DNA of 64,000 nucleotides from Utricularia gibba (GCA_002189035.1 NEEC01000029.1:186001-250000); one strand, 5' to 3'; shown: positions 28,474 to 43,700, counted from the stretch's first letter. Made by a program: numbers and translations. The notes: a model not told the origin generated them from the sequence alone.

Positions 28474-30265
28474 GGAAGGAGCCCATCTAATATTGGCGAA
28501 CCAGCTACTCTTATTCCCCATCCCAACACACAAAAACACCTATACAACAATACACCGCATTGAATTTTTTTTTCTTTTTAATACTTGTATAGGAAACTGC
28601 ACCACCTGAGTAAAGTAACAGTAAAGCTTCATGATTTACCCCAAAAGGCCTTTGCCCAAGAGACACTGGGCCAGCCTCTGTCTAAACAGAGGCCCACGTC
28701 GGGCCTTGACCTTATAAAAGCAGGCAATAGTTATATGGCCGTTGTGTTGTTTAATTCTCGTTAAATATTCTTTTTGTTTATATTTCTCGAAAATTAATTC
28801 TTTAATAATAATAAGTGAACAGGACAATTTGGTAATTTAATTCAGACAATATTCATAATAATGGCGGCAGGGCACACCATGTGGTGGCCTTAATTATTTG
28901 GTAATCAAGAATGCGCTGGTTGGGCTTACCATCAAGCTCTTAATTATTTGGATCTTATTTTGCACATTATTATATATAACAAATATTAATTATTTTTGCC
29001 TTACGTTGATTGGTCAAAGTTGGACCACTAAAAGCGATTGATGTGACGTGCTCCAAGGCGTTTATCGAGCATGGTAAAAGTTAATTATAACGTTCAATGT
29101 GCAGTGCTCACCACAAAAACCATCCTGTCCCCACGTGCAATCCAAATACGTTTTTGTTTTACTGATGTATTAAATTTTAATTAATAAAGTATTAAAACAA
29201 ACTACCTTTAATTAGGTGTGAATTAGAGTATTGGTTGGCGAGGGTAAAATGGGAAGAAAGGGGTGGAGGGATTACAAGGATATCGGCATTCTTTGTTTTC
29301 CCAAGGAATGGAATGGAATGGAATATATTGACTCAATTATTGCATTGGACTTTTGTCTCTCTCACATCCATACTTGTAATTTAACTGCCTTTTTCATTAC
29401 AAAAATGTCTTTATTCGCCTCGCTCCACATTCTAATTAATTAGTACCCCTGGCCTGGCTATATTTCCCATCCATATATATCCTCTCAATATTTTATAACA
29501 AAAAACATTAAATGCTGGCTTTCATTAACATGGATGTATGCATTGGTTATGTGGTAAATATGTATGATTTATTAACATAGTTTTTTCAATCATTTTTATT
29601 TTTTATTTTTTATTAATACAGAATAAAATATAATGGATAATTGAGATAGGGTCATGGGATAGGCCTGCGTCTCTGCACGATGAACTGTCCTGGAAGACTT
29701 CTGAAACAAGCAAAACGAATCCAGATATCTCAGCTGCGACTCAACACATGTCGCATAACTATTCACCCAACTAATATTTAGTAATTTATTTTTGATTATT
29801 TAAAAATTTAATGATGGGGGGATTTGGATGGATAATCATTGTGACTCGTTGCGACTGTTTGAAATTGTGAAGCAGCAGCAACTCAGTGGCATTGAATTAC
29901 CGCGGTAAATGCTGAAATCCATAAACAGTAATCTACTTTTAGAAATAGGGAAAAGGGGATTGGGGTAAAAAAAGAAAAAAAAAAGTTACAGTGAATGAAT
30001 GAATAAAAGAAGGCCAATCATTTATCCCAACTCTGGTTTTTCTCTCTCTCTCCCTGTTTCTGTAGGATCAGAACAGAGCTCAGTACTCAAAGAGGCTTGC
30101 CTGCCTTGGCTTTGCTTCTCCACAAGCAGCTGCAGCAGTGCCCGTGGCCAGCCCCCTCCGCCTTCTCTTTTCACCTTCCCAATCCCTCTGATACCATTTC
30201 TGTTCAAAGATTCTGTCGCCTCTCTCTACATTGTTAGAGAGAGAAACTTAGGGCATTGGTCGCTA

Positions 30266-32649
30266 ATGGACTACGAGAGGATACACAAAGTTCAGGTTCA
30301 GATTTCTTCTCTTCTTCTCCACTTTTTTTTTTCGCAATCGGAACTCTAGCCACGTTTCCGCTGCCGATTTCTCCTTTTTTTTTTTTCAAATCTGATCTGA
30401 ACTTCTTCGCGTCAGATCGATTCGTTTAGGTTCTTCGCCTGATCCGTGTGAAAATCGTCGGGCATTTTTGCTTTGGTGTTGTCTGCAGACTGGTATGATA
30501 TCTCCGAGCAAGCTTAGGATCAGGCTTTTAGGAGGGAAGAAGAAAGACGGATCAACAAGCAACTCTTCCAGAACATCTCCTTCGCGAATGGATGACGCAG
30601 AGTTCGTCAAGAACAGCTTGCTCTTATCTCCTCCGGACGGAGATTTCGGTTCACAAGGTCTGTGAATTTTCTGCATTTTTTTATTAATTTTTCCGTTTCA
30701 GTATCTGCATTAATGTCGTCAATTCAAGAATGCCAACGAGGCCTTGAAATCTGCATTGACCGGTGGCCATTGCTTCAGAATTAATTGCTGAGAAATTGGC
30801 TGGTGACTCAAATCTACTGAAAATAATTTCGAGTGATGATATAACTGCTATACTGTGTTCATGTCCCGTTCTGCTCTTTGTACCATAGTTCTCTCTCTCC
30901 CTCATTCGCGAATTGTCTCCAGATTTGGTGCATTTACTTCACCCCCAACGGGGATGAAGGAAGCTGAATTATTGCGTGAGTCTGGTGCGCTAGTAAAGAT
31001 TCCGCAGGCTGATTTTCAATTCTGTGATCTGTTCTTGTAGTATCGTCACCTTCAGAAGATCAACCTACCCACTCAGATCCCGCTGCTGCTGTCTCAGAGA
31101 TCTGCCAAGGCAATACGAATTTATTGCAGCAGCCCAAGATAGATAATCTGGTTCTAAGGGAGATTTCCGATGCTGCCGGACGGCTGAGAACGTTGCAAAC
31201 GCAACCGGGCGCGAAGGGTGCCGATCTTGCTGATCCGCATCGGTACGAGGATGAGAATCTGGATTATGATAGCACGTCCAGCTTTGAGTTCCATAAAGGG
31301 GAGAGGTCGCTGCACCATTCGCTGTCCCGGACATTAGCCAGGCCGATGCCATCGAAATGGAACGATGCTGAGAAGTGGATCATGAACAAGCAAAGCGGTC
31401 AAACGAATATGGGGAAGAAAAACAATGTGCAGCAGAATCAGGGGAACTGGCCATCTACCTCTAACATGGTGAAGGTTGCTCCCGAAGCTCTTGTTTCTGA
31501 TTACAAGGCGTCCGTGAAAAGGGTGGATTTTGTCCAGCCCCCGCAGCACGTAGGGCCTTTGAGGTCTGGTTTTCTTCCTCATGAAGCTGCTCCCACTGAG
31601 GGCCAGGATCTCACTGACGTCGATGACGATGGTTTGCTCTGTACCAAAAGCGTGACCGAGGAAAACAAGGGTAATTCTTGATCTCTTTTCTTCATGTAAA
31701 TCTCCTTCCACTCCATTGTGTAAGTTCACTTATCTTGGTGACGTTGCAGGGGTTCCGATGGTAAGATCAGTGTCAATGAGAGATATGGGAACAGAGATGA
31801 CACCGATACCAAGTCAAGAGCCTTCAAGAAGTGCTACCCCTCAAACTGCAACGACTCCACTCCGAAGTCCAACTTCATCTATGCCTTCCACTCCACGCAG
31901 AGGCGAGCCTGCACCATCTCCCACTGAATTCTGCATTAGCAGCAACCCAACGCAAAACTCGGGTGTGGCAGGGAAGAAAGAAATGTCTGAGCAGGAACTG
32001 AAGATGAAAACGAGAAAGGAGATCATGGCCCTTGGAGTCCAATTAGGTAAGCTGAATATCGCTGCATGGGCAAGCAAGGACGAGAAGGACAAGAGTGTAT
32101 CTGGAAGCGAAAACGCTGCTGATGAGAACGAATGCGCTGAATATGCAAAACGTGCTGCTGCATGGGAAGAAGCTGAGCTAGCCAAACATGCGGCTAGGTT
32201 AGTCTTCAAGAATCTCGATGACAAAGCGGCGTGATCCTTCCCTTTAGAAAATGATAACCAAATCCCTTTTACTTGCAGGTTTAAACGAGAAGAAATCAGA
32301 ATCCAAGCATGGGAAGGTCGGCAGAAAGCAAAGCTTGAATCTGAGATGAGGAAAATAGAGGTTAGAATCCTCAATCTCTCCCGCTGATTTTATTACATTT
32401 CCTCCCTCCATTGCAACTCTGATGCACCCGGTGATCCCCAACCTCCAGGCACAAATCGAGCAGATGCGAGCACACGCTCAAGCTAAGATGGCGAAGAAGA
32501 TAGCAGTAGCACGACAGAAATCCGAGAAAAAACGCGCAGTTGCAGAGGCACACAAGAACAAGATGGCTGAGAAGACCGTAGCTCAGGCAGAGTACATCCG
32601 CCAAACCGGAAGACTACCATCTTTTGCTTTCATGTGCTGTGGCTGGTAA
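30266..32649 (+). CDS. Remorin (long N-terminal type), multi-exon
   Basis: MDYERIHKVQ|TGMISPSKLRIRLLG, SKWNDAEKWI, VSMRDMGTEMTPIPSQEPSR, GKLNIAAWASK, AAAWEEAE and the remorin C-terminal coiled coil. Confidence 0.92.
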
Positions 32650-34670
32650 TACATTTTTCAGGGCCATTGCTACAATAATGATCCTCAGAACTTGCACCCC
32701 ATCTGTATAGTCCCTGAAGTAACTGGCCTTATTACCGGATCCAACTTCCGGGAAACATGAAATGCTGCATTTCTCCATACAGGGCCTCCAGCCAGGCCTA
32801 ACTAATTAATTCTGCATTTTTAGAATAACAGCGAATTCAGATCCCCTCCAGCATCAGATAATGGCAGGCATGGAAGCAGCCCCGTGGGCAATACGGAGAA
32901 GCCAGTGGCCCAGGGCTTCTCTATATGGGTCACAAGCCTACCCGTTAGTAATGATATTTCGCACACACACAAAGGAATCAACTTTTGCCGAATTCCAGCC
33001 AACCATTTCATCGAGAAGACGACATGCATTGTCCAGCCAACCGACCAACCACAGCAAAAATGCAGACATTATCCAGTAAAATCGCCCAGGACAGAATTCC
33101 TCATCGATCGCGGCAAAATACTTCACCAAAACCGTCGAAGAGTTCTTCAGAAATTAGCCTACAGCACGCAAAAATTAGGGTTCAAGATGGAGCATACCAT
33201 GATACTGCTTGCATCAGAATCGAGGAAATCAGATCACGAAGGGCTCCCGCTGCGCAGTCTTCGTACCTAAATGGAGTTCTTAGCGGCCAAGCTCCTTGCC
33301 GGAAGAGGAATCATCCGCTCTAATCGCCGGAGTGGGCCTGGGCCAGCCAGGCATCGGAAAGTAGCCCTTCTCGGGCTCCATCAATGTCGGTGTTCTTCAG
33401 CCCGAAGGACGCTAGTACTTTATTGGGCCACAAGCCCATTGAGCTCCCATCAGGATTTCTAGACTTGTTCCTCTGCATCCTGTTTTGTTCTTAGACATTG
33501 TGTGTTGCAGTTGGTGCATTCTGTTGTGGGAAGCGCAACTGTTTCGTGGTGGCGTTGGGGCGGAATCAACTGTCTATCATTGAAAGGGTCGTGGTTGAGG
33601 ACACCACACCCTCTAACTAAACAAAGGGAGTGGCCAAGTTGAGGCCTAAAAAACAAGGCAAGGCACGCGACAATAATTTATTTGTTGGCTTGGCGATGGA
33701 TGGGCCGGGACAAGGATGGAGATTGGGGGAGGCGTGGGCCGACCACGTGACCCCCGAGTGATGCCTCTTGAACATGGCCAGTTGCCCCCACACCCCCTTT
33801 TCCCTTTTTCCCGATGCCTTCACATTCCCCCCCTTTAAACTTGCCCTTCGGACTCATCATACCGTTACTGTCCAGAAATCCCACATGGGTGGAGGCCAAC
33901 CCAACAAATATATCTGTTATATAAATAATATAGTATTTTCTCCAATAATTTGAATAATAAATTATGACCATATTTATATATCATGTGGATTCCAAGGTGG
34001 ACATAGTGTGAATACCATACTATTCTTTCAAACTATGACACATTAATTTCTCATATTTTTTATATTCTTCACCAAACATTTATTCAAATAGATCAACGAT
34101 ATAATTATATTAATTTCCATCCAACATGGGTTGACAAAAATTAAGATATTACTAGATTTATAGGACTATTTATTGTTGTAAAATGGTTTTCACATTTAAT
34201 TCATATTTGACGTGAAGATAAAGGGATGGGGCTTAGGAATTTATTTATTTGTTAATAAAAAGAAATTTAGGACCCAAAGGTGCTCCATGCCACATGGTGG
34301 GATTCTTGGTGTTCCCCGGATGCGTATTACGCCCGTCTACCGTCGGTGTCCGTGGACCGCAACCACATGATCTTAACCGCTGTCCCCTTCTCATGAATTG
34401 AATTATTATATTTATGGCATTTTAGTGCTGTTACGAGATGCTTTCAACGCATACCAAAATAGTAGCGTCTTGTGGCCGCGGTATCTATCAGTTTCTTTTT
34501 ATGTTGCCGACGTTTGAAATAAAGAACATGCCCTAAAAGTAACCTTGGGCTGGGCCAGCGACTGCAGCACTTGGCCAACTATCAATTTAATGATTTGTTT
34601 AGTTGGTTGATATATTTTTTTATTTGTTCCCTAAGGCTACGTGGCATGTGATGGGAACACTGGGTATTGA

Positions 34671-36002
34671 TTATTGGGGCCGACGGAGGATGCCGACGCC
34701 GCTGGGTGGCACAACGGAGCGAATGAGTGCGAAATTCAAACCTTTGAAAAAGGGGTGCGATTTCACCTCCGGGGCGCCGCGCCTTGACCCGAGCCTCTTA
34801 TTCGGATCCTTTTTCAGTAGCCGGGAAATTAGGTCCCTCGCGTGACCCTCACTCTCGTCCCACGGCACGGCGTTGGGGAACGCCAGGGGCATTTTGGAGA
34901 TGTTACGCAGGGTGGCTTCGTTGTTGGCGCCTGCGAAAGGCGTCCGTCCGTAAACCATTTCGTAGATGAAGATTCCGAGGGCCCACCAGTCAACGGCGTT
35001 GCCATGGGCGGCGCCGGCTGCGATCTCTGGCGCCACGTACTCGTGTGTCCCGACGAAGGAACACGACCGCGCGGCTAACGGTTCCGCCACGAAGAGACGG
35101 GTACCGGCGAGTGCTTGGCTTCTCCGGTTGCCGCCGGACATGCAGGCGAACGGCGAGAGACCGCGGAATTTCGGCGATAGCCGGTCAGGGGAATTATCTG
35201 GCGTTTCGACGGTTAAAAATGCGTCGGAGCAGAGGGAGAGATCGAAATCGGTGAGCATAATATGGCCGTCCGATCGTACGAGCACATTTTCCGGCTTCAG
35301 ATCTCTGTAGATTATGCCAAGCATATGAAGATACTCGAGCGCTACCAGAACTTCAGCCGAGTAGAACCTGCGGTTTTGCCCCAAACTTAATCAACAAGAA
35401 AAAGCCCTAGAAATTGAAGACGCACATGGAAATTCATGCACATTTCCTTTTCAATATGAAATCGACAGATGAGAAACAGGGGAGCAACTGAACCTCGCGG
35501 CGCTGATCGAAAACCGTCTCTCCGGTTGCCTATGCCGGAGAGAATGCAAATCGCCGCCGCTACAATACTCCATAACCACACACGAAAAATGTGGCGTCTC
35601 GAATTCCGCGTGAAGCGTGGGCAAAAACGGATGTTCTAGCTGGCGCAATATCCTCCTCTCCGTCTCCACCCTATGCGTCTTCTTCTTCAACCTAACAACC
35701 TCTCTATCCACCACCTTCATGGCGTAAAGAGGCACCTCCTGGGCGGCCTCCCCCGCGCGCAACCTGCACAAATACACTCTCCCGATGTCTCCGCTTCCGA
35801 TCTGGTTCACGACGCTGAAATCGCGAAATGTCAGATCCTTCCTCCGGCGAACCGAAGACTCCAACCTGGTAGGAAACTCAAACGAGAGATGGTCGATGCT
35901 GATGCCAGTGCTCTGGCTCACAATCGTTGTATCGCTGCTCATAGAGCTCTTTCCTGAGTCGGAGACCAGGTCAATGGAATCGCGGCGGAAACTGTCGATC
36001 AT
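34671..36002 (-). CDS. PID: AGC VIII kinase, PINOID-like, 2 exons
   Basis: LTFRDF, IGSGDIGRVYLC, DLHSLRHRQPERRFSISAAR|FYSAEVL, DFDLSL, ARSCSFVGTHEYVAPE and HPFFKGLNFALIR. First ATG at 36002. Confidence 0.85.
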
Positions 36003-37935
36003 TTTCGATAGGATCGGCAAAACACCAGCCGGCGAGGATGAGATGAGACCACGCAGACAAGTGAAGCAAGATCCGCGTGATTGTGCGCATTGACGCTACG
36101 AGGAATTAATGCTGCTTCACTGAGCAGTAATGGGCCCGGCCCGTACACTTCCTCCCTCAATAAACCCCCCATCCTATTGTTTCCCTATTTTAATTTACAT
36201 CCCCTTGAAAAAAAAAACAATTAAAAAATCACAAAAACGAAAAATAAATGCTTAATAATTGGGTCGTGACGTTTCATTTTCATGTCCCATGTGCATCCTA
36301 TCGGAGTACCGGACTCACGCTAGCTGTGCAATGGACAGTTAGGGGTACAAGGCACGGATGCCTGATAATTATAATTACCAGATTAAGATGTAACTAACGA
36401 CATGTTTCCTTTGATTTGTGATATGCTTCAGTTGGGTTGAGAGCTTCCATTGTGGACCGTTGTCGATCCCTCACGGTCGAGATCTTTTCGACATCGATTC
36501 ATGCAATTCGATATTCCGTATTAGACTCACCATCTTACTCTTAGTTAAAATTCCCTTTGGGATAAAATTATGTTTCAATTATTCCTATTTAATAATAATA
36601 ATAATAATATTTGTTTATTATGGGCTTATGGTTTAAGTTCAGTCATTTGTGAGAAAAGCAGCCCAAATACTGCAAGGCATCTTCATTGGGCTACACCGTT
36701 CCTCAAGCCCAAAATTAAAAATATTACAAGGCCTATCCAGTTGACACCTCCCCTTACTCGGGCAAACACAGTAGTAGTTCAACCTTGTAACAGTGTTCTT
36801 GAGTGTGCATTTTCTTCGAGTTTTGTTCGAAGGTGTTTTTAGTTTTCATGGTCCCTTGCGCGATGGGATGGGTTTCTTTTTTAAAGTATGAAATTACAGA
36901 AATTTATTGTAGAATGCACAGTTACGGTAGCTCTGGAGCAAAACTCAATAATGGTGCCTGCGGCTGCGTATGTCTGAAAATGAGTCTGCCACTTCTGCTC
37001 CCTAGAGGGGTACCCGCTCTGCTCTGCCTTCTATTTACTCGCGTCCAAATTTTTGATGTTTCGTCAATACTTCCCCTGCTTCTGTAATGGTGCGAAAGAG
37101 AGCAAAAGCTTTATTATTTTGTTACCAAATGCTTCAAGATGATTGGGCTAGTTTCCTGTGCATGGTTGAGGGGTTTTATCTTTAACAGTGCTGATCTTTT
37201 CAATTGCATTACCCCAAACAGAGCTTTTTGTGTTACTTCACCAAATCCAACTTCCTTTTTGTCCATTCCCCGATACCGGATTTGGTTTGCTTCTCGAGAT
37301 TTGAGGAACTGGTTCTTTCTGATCGAGTGCTGTTTCTTTTTCTCGAAGTGTAGATATATCTGTTTCTACTTATCAACTCTTTTTCGAGGTGATTGAGTTT
37401 CATGTGGAAGCACTTGCCTTTTGTTGTGAAGAGCCCAATGGGCCTGATTGGATATATCCGGCCCAAAAACCAACTGGCTTTTCTGTTGTGGAAGTACCAG
37501 CACAAGTGAATGTTTGAGAGGCCCATGTTTACGCCCTGCACTTTCACCTCGGAGGAGCGTAGAGCCGACAGAAGCCGACGATTTGTGCGTTTCACCTCCT
37601 TCGTGCTCGAAAGTAGCCTTCGCTCTGTGCTGCTTGCCTGTAAGTCGCCGCTAGTCTAAACTAAGCTTGGTTTTTATTGTTTTGATTTCGTCGTTTCTGA
37701 ACCGTTGGTGCCCAAAATGCATTTCGTTTTCATTCTTCTGGTCATTGAGTATCGGTTGATGTTGTTTCGTGCGGGGAGAAAGGTTCCTGATAGGATTCTT
37801 AATATCATGGCTGTTGTAATTGGTTTTTTTTGTTTGATTTGAGCTACTGTTCTTACCATTTGCCTGCCTAATTTTTATCTCTCCAGGAAATAGACCAATC
37901 GGCTGTCAATCGCATTCAGTCGATTCATCGAAACA

Positions 37936-38533
37936 ATGAACAAGAAAGAGGTATTTAAACTGGCGAAAGGATTTCGCGGAAGAGCAAAGAATTGCATAAG
38001 AATTGCTAGGGAGAGAGTGGAGAAGGCACTTCAGTACTCTTACCGTGATCGCCGCAACAAGAAGCGGGACATGCGTTCGTTGTGGATCGAGCGGATCAAT
38101 GCCGGTAGTCGCCAGCATGGGGTACGCTGCTCTCTATCCCTTTGCGGTTACCTATCAATTAGCTACCTTCTGCTATTTATGTGCCTGCCTGAATATGTTT
38201 GGGGGCTGAAGTGAGATCTTCCGCTCGTTGGTGAATCTGCTAAATCTCCCGAAAAACTTGTTGGTTCAGATTAGAGTCCCTTAGCTTGGATCAGTCTATG
38301 TGTTTACTTGACGAGTGCTCTTATACCCTTACCATTACCACCAGGTGAATTATGGGAATTTCATGCACGGGCTGCTGAAGGAGAATATCCAGCTTAACAG
38401 AAAGGTGTTGTCCGAGATTGCGATGCACGAGCCCTACAGCTTCAAGGCGCTGGTGGATGTTTCACGCACTGCATTTCCAGGAAACAAGGTGCCCGTGGCT
38501 CCCATGAAGCAAGGTTTAGCAAGTTTACTCTGA
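37936..38533 (+). CDS. RPL20: Organellar (probably mitochondrial) 50S ribosomal protein L20, 2 coding exons
   Basis: [57 protein letters not shown]...|[30 protein letters not shown]. Confidence 0.93.
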
Positions 38534-39051
38534 ACCATCTTGTGCCGTTTCTCTCTGTGCTTGTAAGCACATAATGGGGCTTTCTCTACTCCTAAATTTG
38601 ACCGTCCACCAAGTAGCTGGGGCCTGGAAAGGCACACATGTGTCTCCAGGGGAGACTTGTGAACGACAAAAATGTCACAAGAAGAGAGAAGACTTGCCAA
38701 GCACTGGACAAACTTGTCGTTCAGATTCCCATTAATTTATCAGCAATATGATGATCACGAGAACTTGCCTTGTTTTCTTTGTCTGGCTTCCTTTTCTTCA
38801 GTTGAGCAGTGAGTAAAGCAGCAAGTTTTATTGGGGTTTTGGATTTCCTCAGATATCATTAATGGGCGTGATATTCTGTGTAATCTTTGTGGAAATGCTT
38901 GTTAAGCAACTTATGCTCCTCGCCGTATTTTATTTCACGCATTTCATCGAGCAGATGGAGGATGGTAAAAAATTGCATAAATGAAATTAAAAGGGTGGTA
39001 ATTTATCATAACAAACGAAAGGTGAAAAGAGCGAGGAACTAAAAACCACGC

Positions 39052-39459
39052 TCAATTCTCCACTGCTTTGACCTCCGGCGAATTGTTTTTGTTCCTGATC
39101 CGGAGCATGAAAACGAAGGCGGAGATTACGAGCAAAACGACCCCGGCTATTCCACATACGGCGCTAGCCAGTAGCAATCCTACCCTGACGTGATCTCTTT
39201 CGGCGACGCCGTGAGTCGCCTTCCACGGCGACTGGGTGACGTTCTTCGCCTCGGGGAGTTCCACCGGTCGCGTGTTGCCGAAGAAGGAGAGCATTTCCTG
39301 AGCTTGATTCGATTGCGCCGGGGGCAGAGAGTTCTCCTGATACGCCAGGCCGTGGTCTGAGGGACGGAGACCGCGGGCGGCGATGGGGCACACGAGAGCG
39401 AGTGCGGCGACGACGTATCCGAGGACATTGAAATGGGCATTTGGGCGGCTAAGTTCCAT
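39052..39459 (-). CDS. Small single-pass membrane protein of a conserved plant family
   Basis: Signal-like N-terminus, ARGLRPSDHGLAYQ, MLSFFG, LPEAKN, DHVRVGLLLASAVCGIAGVVLL and a basic stop-transfer segment; intronless. Confidence 0.8.
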   Translation of the reverse strand: MELSRPNAHFNVLGYVVAALALVCPIAARGLRPSDHGLAYQENSLPPAQSNQAQEMLSFFGNTRPVELPEAKNVTQSPWKATHGVAERDHVRVGLLLASAVCGIAGVVLLVISAFVFMLRIRNKNNSPEVKAVEN

Positions 39460-39900
39460 GTTCTCTTGCTTTCCCTTCCGCGGCTGAGGAAACAAAAACT
39501 ACACAGTGAATGAATGCGGTAGATGCACCGCTCTCCAGTGTGTTTGAATTCGAATAAATGCTGGATAATTGCCCCGTGAATTTCCCCCCATCGTTTCAAT
39601 GACGCTTTTAACCCCCTCACCGGTTCGTATAAAGAAGCATTCGAATACCTGTTTTCATGAGAGAGTGGAAAGGGTAAAAGAGTAAATAGCTCTTAGCACA
39701 AGGGTAGCCAATCTTCCTCGGCGGCAATCTACCACGAGCTTTCAAACACAAATCCCGGCAGCAAACCATTCAGAAAGCCACACGACAGCATACGACCATT
39801 TCAGTTACAGGACACACTCCGATGCTGGAATCACAAAAACTGACTATAAAAGACAAGCCCCAAAGCCGGACACGTGGTTGGATACTGGGATAGACCAATT

Positions 39901-41796
<1,896 letters not shown>

Positions 41797-41914
41797 TCAC
41801 CCTTGGAGTTTTCCAGAATATCGAAAATGCCATCCCAATTGATTGCACCTAAATGGAATATTATTCTAAACAAAAATAATGTATTTTATAAAATACTGAT
41901 AAGAACATCAGGAA

Positions 41915-43624
41915 GTGGACTCTTGCATAGTCACAGAAATGCTCATCTTCTTCTTGCTTATACTCATTGCGTCGGTTGGGCCGTCGTTGACGCAACCAGC
42001 ATCGGATAAGTTCCACAACTGCGTTAAAGAAAAAAGCCAAACGCCGGTCAACTTTTCGGATGATTTGTCGGCGCCGGAGGACTCCTCATTCATCCCAATT
42101 CTCCAGTCCACCGCCCAGAACCTCCGGTGCTTGCTGCCCTCGGTGCCTAGGCCGCAGCTAATATTCAAACCCAGATACGATTCCCACATCCAGGCGGCTG
42201 TGATTTGCGCCAAAGAGGAGGGAATTCACCTCAGAGTACGCAGCGGCGGACATGATTACGAGTGCCTTTCTTATATTTCTGTGGCGCCGGAGGAGTTTGT
42301 GTTGCTCGATATGTCGAATATGCGTGCTGTGTCAGTGGATATACAGAGTGAAGGTGCTTGGGCTGATGCCGGGGCGACCATCGGAGAAGTTTACTACTGG
42401 ATTTCGAGGAGCAGTGGGGTGTATGGTTTCCCGGCGGGGCTCTATTCCAGTGTCGGGATAGGAGGATACATCTCCGGCGGCGGCTACGGTAGCATGATGA
42501 GGAAGTATGGCCTCGCTGCCGATAATGTTGTAGATGCGAAGATCGTTGATGCCGATGGCCGGATTCTTGATAGGGATGCCATGGGGGAAGACGTTTTCTG
42601 GGCGATCAGAGGCGGCGGTGGCGGCAGCTTTGGGATCATATTATCCTGGAAACTCAAGCTCGTTCCGGTCCCGAGAACAGTAACCGTTTTCACCGTGTCG
42701 AGAACGTGGGAGCAAGGCGCAGCGAAGATTCTTTACAAATGGCAACACATCGCCGATAAAATGGACGAAAATCTCTTCATAAGAGTAGTAGCAGAGCAAG
42801 CGAGTTCCACCATTTCAGGCGACAGAACGGTGGTTACTCTTTACAACGCGTTATTTCTCGGCGGAACCAATAAGCTTCTGAAGTTGATCGGAGAAAGCTT
42901 CCCTGAGTTGGGATTAACAAAAACCGACGCCATGGAAATGAGTTGGATCGATGCAGTTGTTTATATGGCCGGTTTCCCGGCGAACTCCACTGCGGAGATT
43001 CTCCTCCAGGGGAAACCTACATTCCGAAACGCCTTCAAAGCGAAATCAGACTTCGTAAGAAACCCAATTCCCGAAGCCGCAATCGGAGATCTCCTGAAAA
43101 AGCTGCTTGAAGACGATTCCCCTCGGATTATATTCACCCCATACGGCGGCGAAATGGGTCGAATACCGGAAACATCGACGCCGTTTCCCCACCGGAAAGG
43201 CGTCATCTGCAAAATTCAATACGTTTCAATGTGGAAAGATGACGACCCGACATCTGCATCGAAACATATGAACTGGACCAGGGGACTGTACGAGTTCGTG
43301 ACTCCTTATGTTTCATCGTCTCCCAGAGAGGCTTATGCTAACTACAAGGATCTTGATCTCGGAATGAACGGGGAAAACGGGAACACCTTTCCAGCAGCTT
43401 CTTCTTTCGGATTCAGCTATTTCAAGGACAACTTCATCCGACTGGTCGAGATCAAGACGAAGTTCGATCCTGATAACATCTTCAGACATGAACAGAGCAT
43501 TCCAACTTTTCAGCAGTTGTCACAGAATCTTGTTCCCACATCCAATAACCATCCTGGGGATCTCAAACTTGGAACAAATGGAAACTGGAACAGCTCAATT
43601 GCATTTAGATTCAGCTATTTCTAG
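41915..43624 (+). CDS. Berberine bridge enzyme-like FAD oxidase, intronless
   Basis: Signal peptide, RVRSGGHDYE, GGGYGSMMRKYGLAADNVVDA, FWAIRGGGGGSFGII, PREAYANYKDLDLG and DPDNIFRHEQSIP. Confidence 0.93.
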   Translation: MDSCIVTEMLIFFLLILIASVGPSLTQPASDKFHNCVKEKSQTPVNFSDDLSAPEDSSFIPILQSTAQNLRCLLPSVPRPQLIFKPRYDSHIQAAVICAKEEGIHLRVRSGGHDYECLSYISVAPEEFVLLDMSNMRAVSVDIQSEGAWADAGATIGEVYYWISRSSGVYGFPAGLYSSVGIGGYISGGGYGSMMRKYGLAADNVVDAKIVDADGRILDRDAMGEDVFWAIRGGGGGSFGIILSWKLKLVPVPRTVTVFTVSRTWEQGAAKILYKWQHIADKMDENLFIRVVAEQASSTISGDRTVVTLYNALFLGGTNKLLKLIGESFPELGLTKTDAMEMSWIDAVVYMAGFPANSTAEILLQGKPTFRNAFKAKSDFVRNPIPEAAIGDLLKKLLEDDSPRIIFTPYGGEMGRIPETSTPFPHRKGVICKIQYVSMWKDDDPTSASKHMNWTRGLYEFVTPYVSSSPREAYANYKDLDLGMNGENGNTFPAASSFGFSYFKDNFIRLVEIKTKFDPDNIFRHEQSIPTFQQLSQNLVPTSNNHPGDLKLGTNGNWNSSIAFRFSYF

Positions 43625-43700
43625 GACATTTCATCAGGTATATCAAAAGTAAGGCACAGAATGATCCCGGTAACTTTCATCACAGATGAACAAAGCATTC
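43558..43700 (+). repeat. Degenerate tandem duplicate of the BBE C-terminal segment (source about 43348-43503)
   Basis: ggattcagctatttcaaggacaacttcatc versus agattcagctatttctaggacatttcatc; gacatgaacagagcattc versus cagatgaacaaagcattc. Confidence 0.75.

Noticed and set aside
33700-33810. Telomerase-RNA-like 5' motif GGGGGTGTGGGG on the minus strand
   Set aside because: No CTAAACCCT template downstream and no correctly oriented USE/TATA promoter.
33841-33862. Hammerhead-like string on the minus strand (ATGATGAGTCCGAAGGGCAAG)
   Set aside because: The catalytic core is wrong: ATGATGA instead of CTGATGA, no GAAA after stem II, and no stems I or III found.
33878-33925. USE-like ATCCCACATGG followed by a TATA-like motif
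   Set aside because: The match is imperfect and the downstream sequence is AT-rich with no recognisable snRNA.
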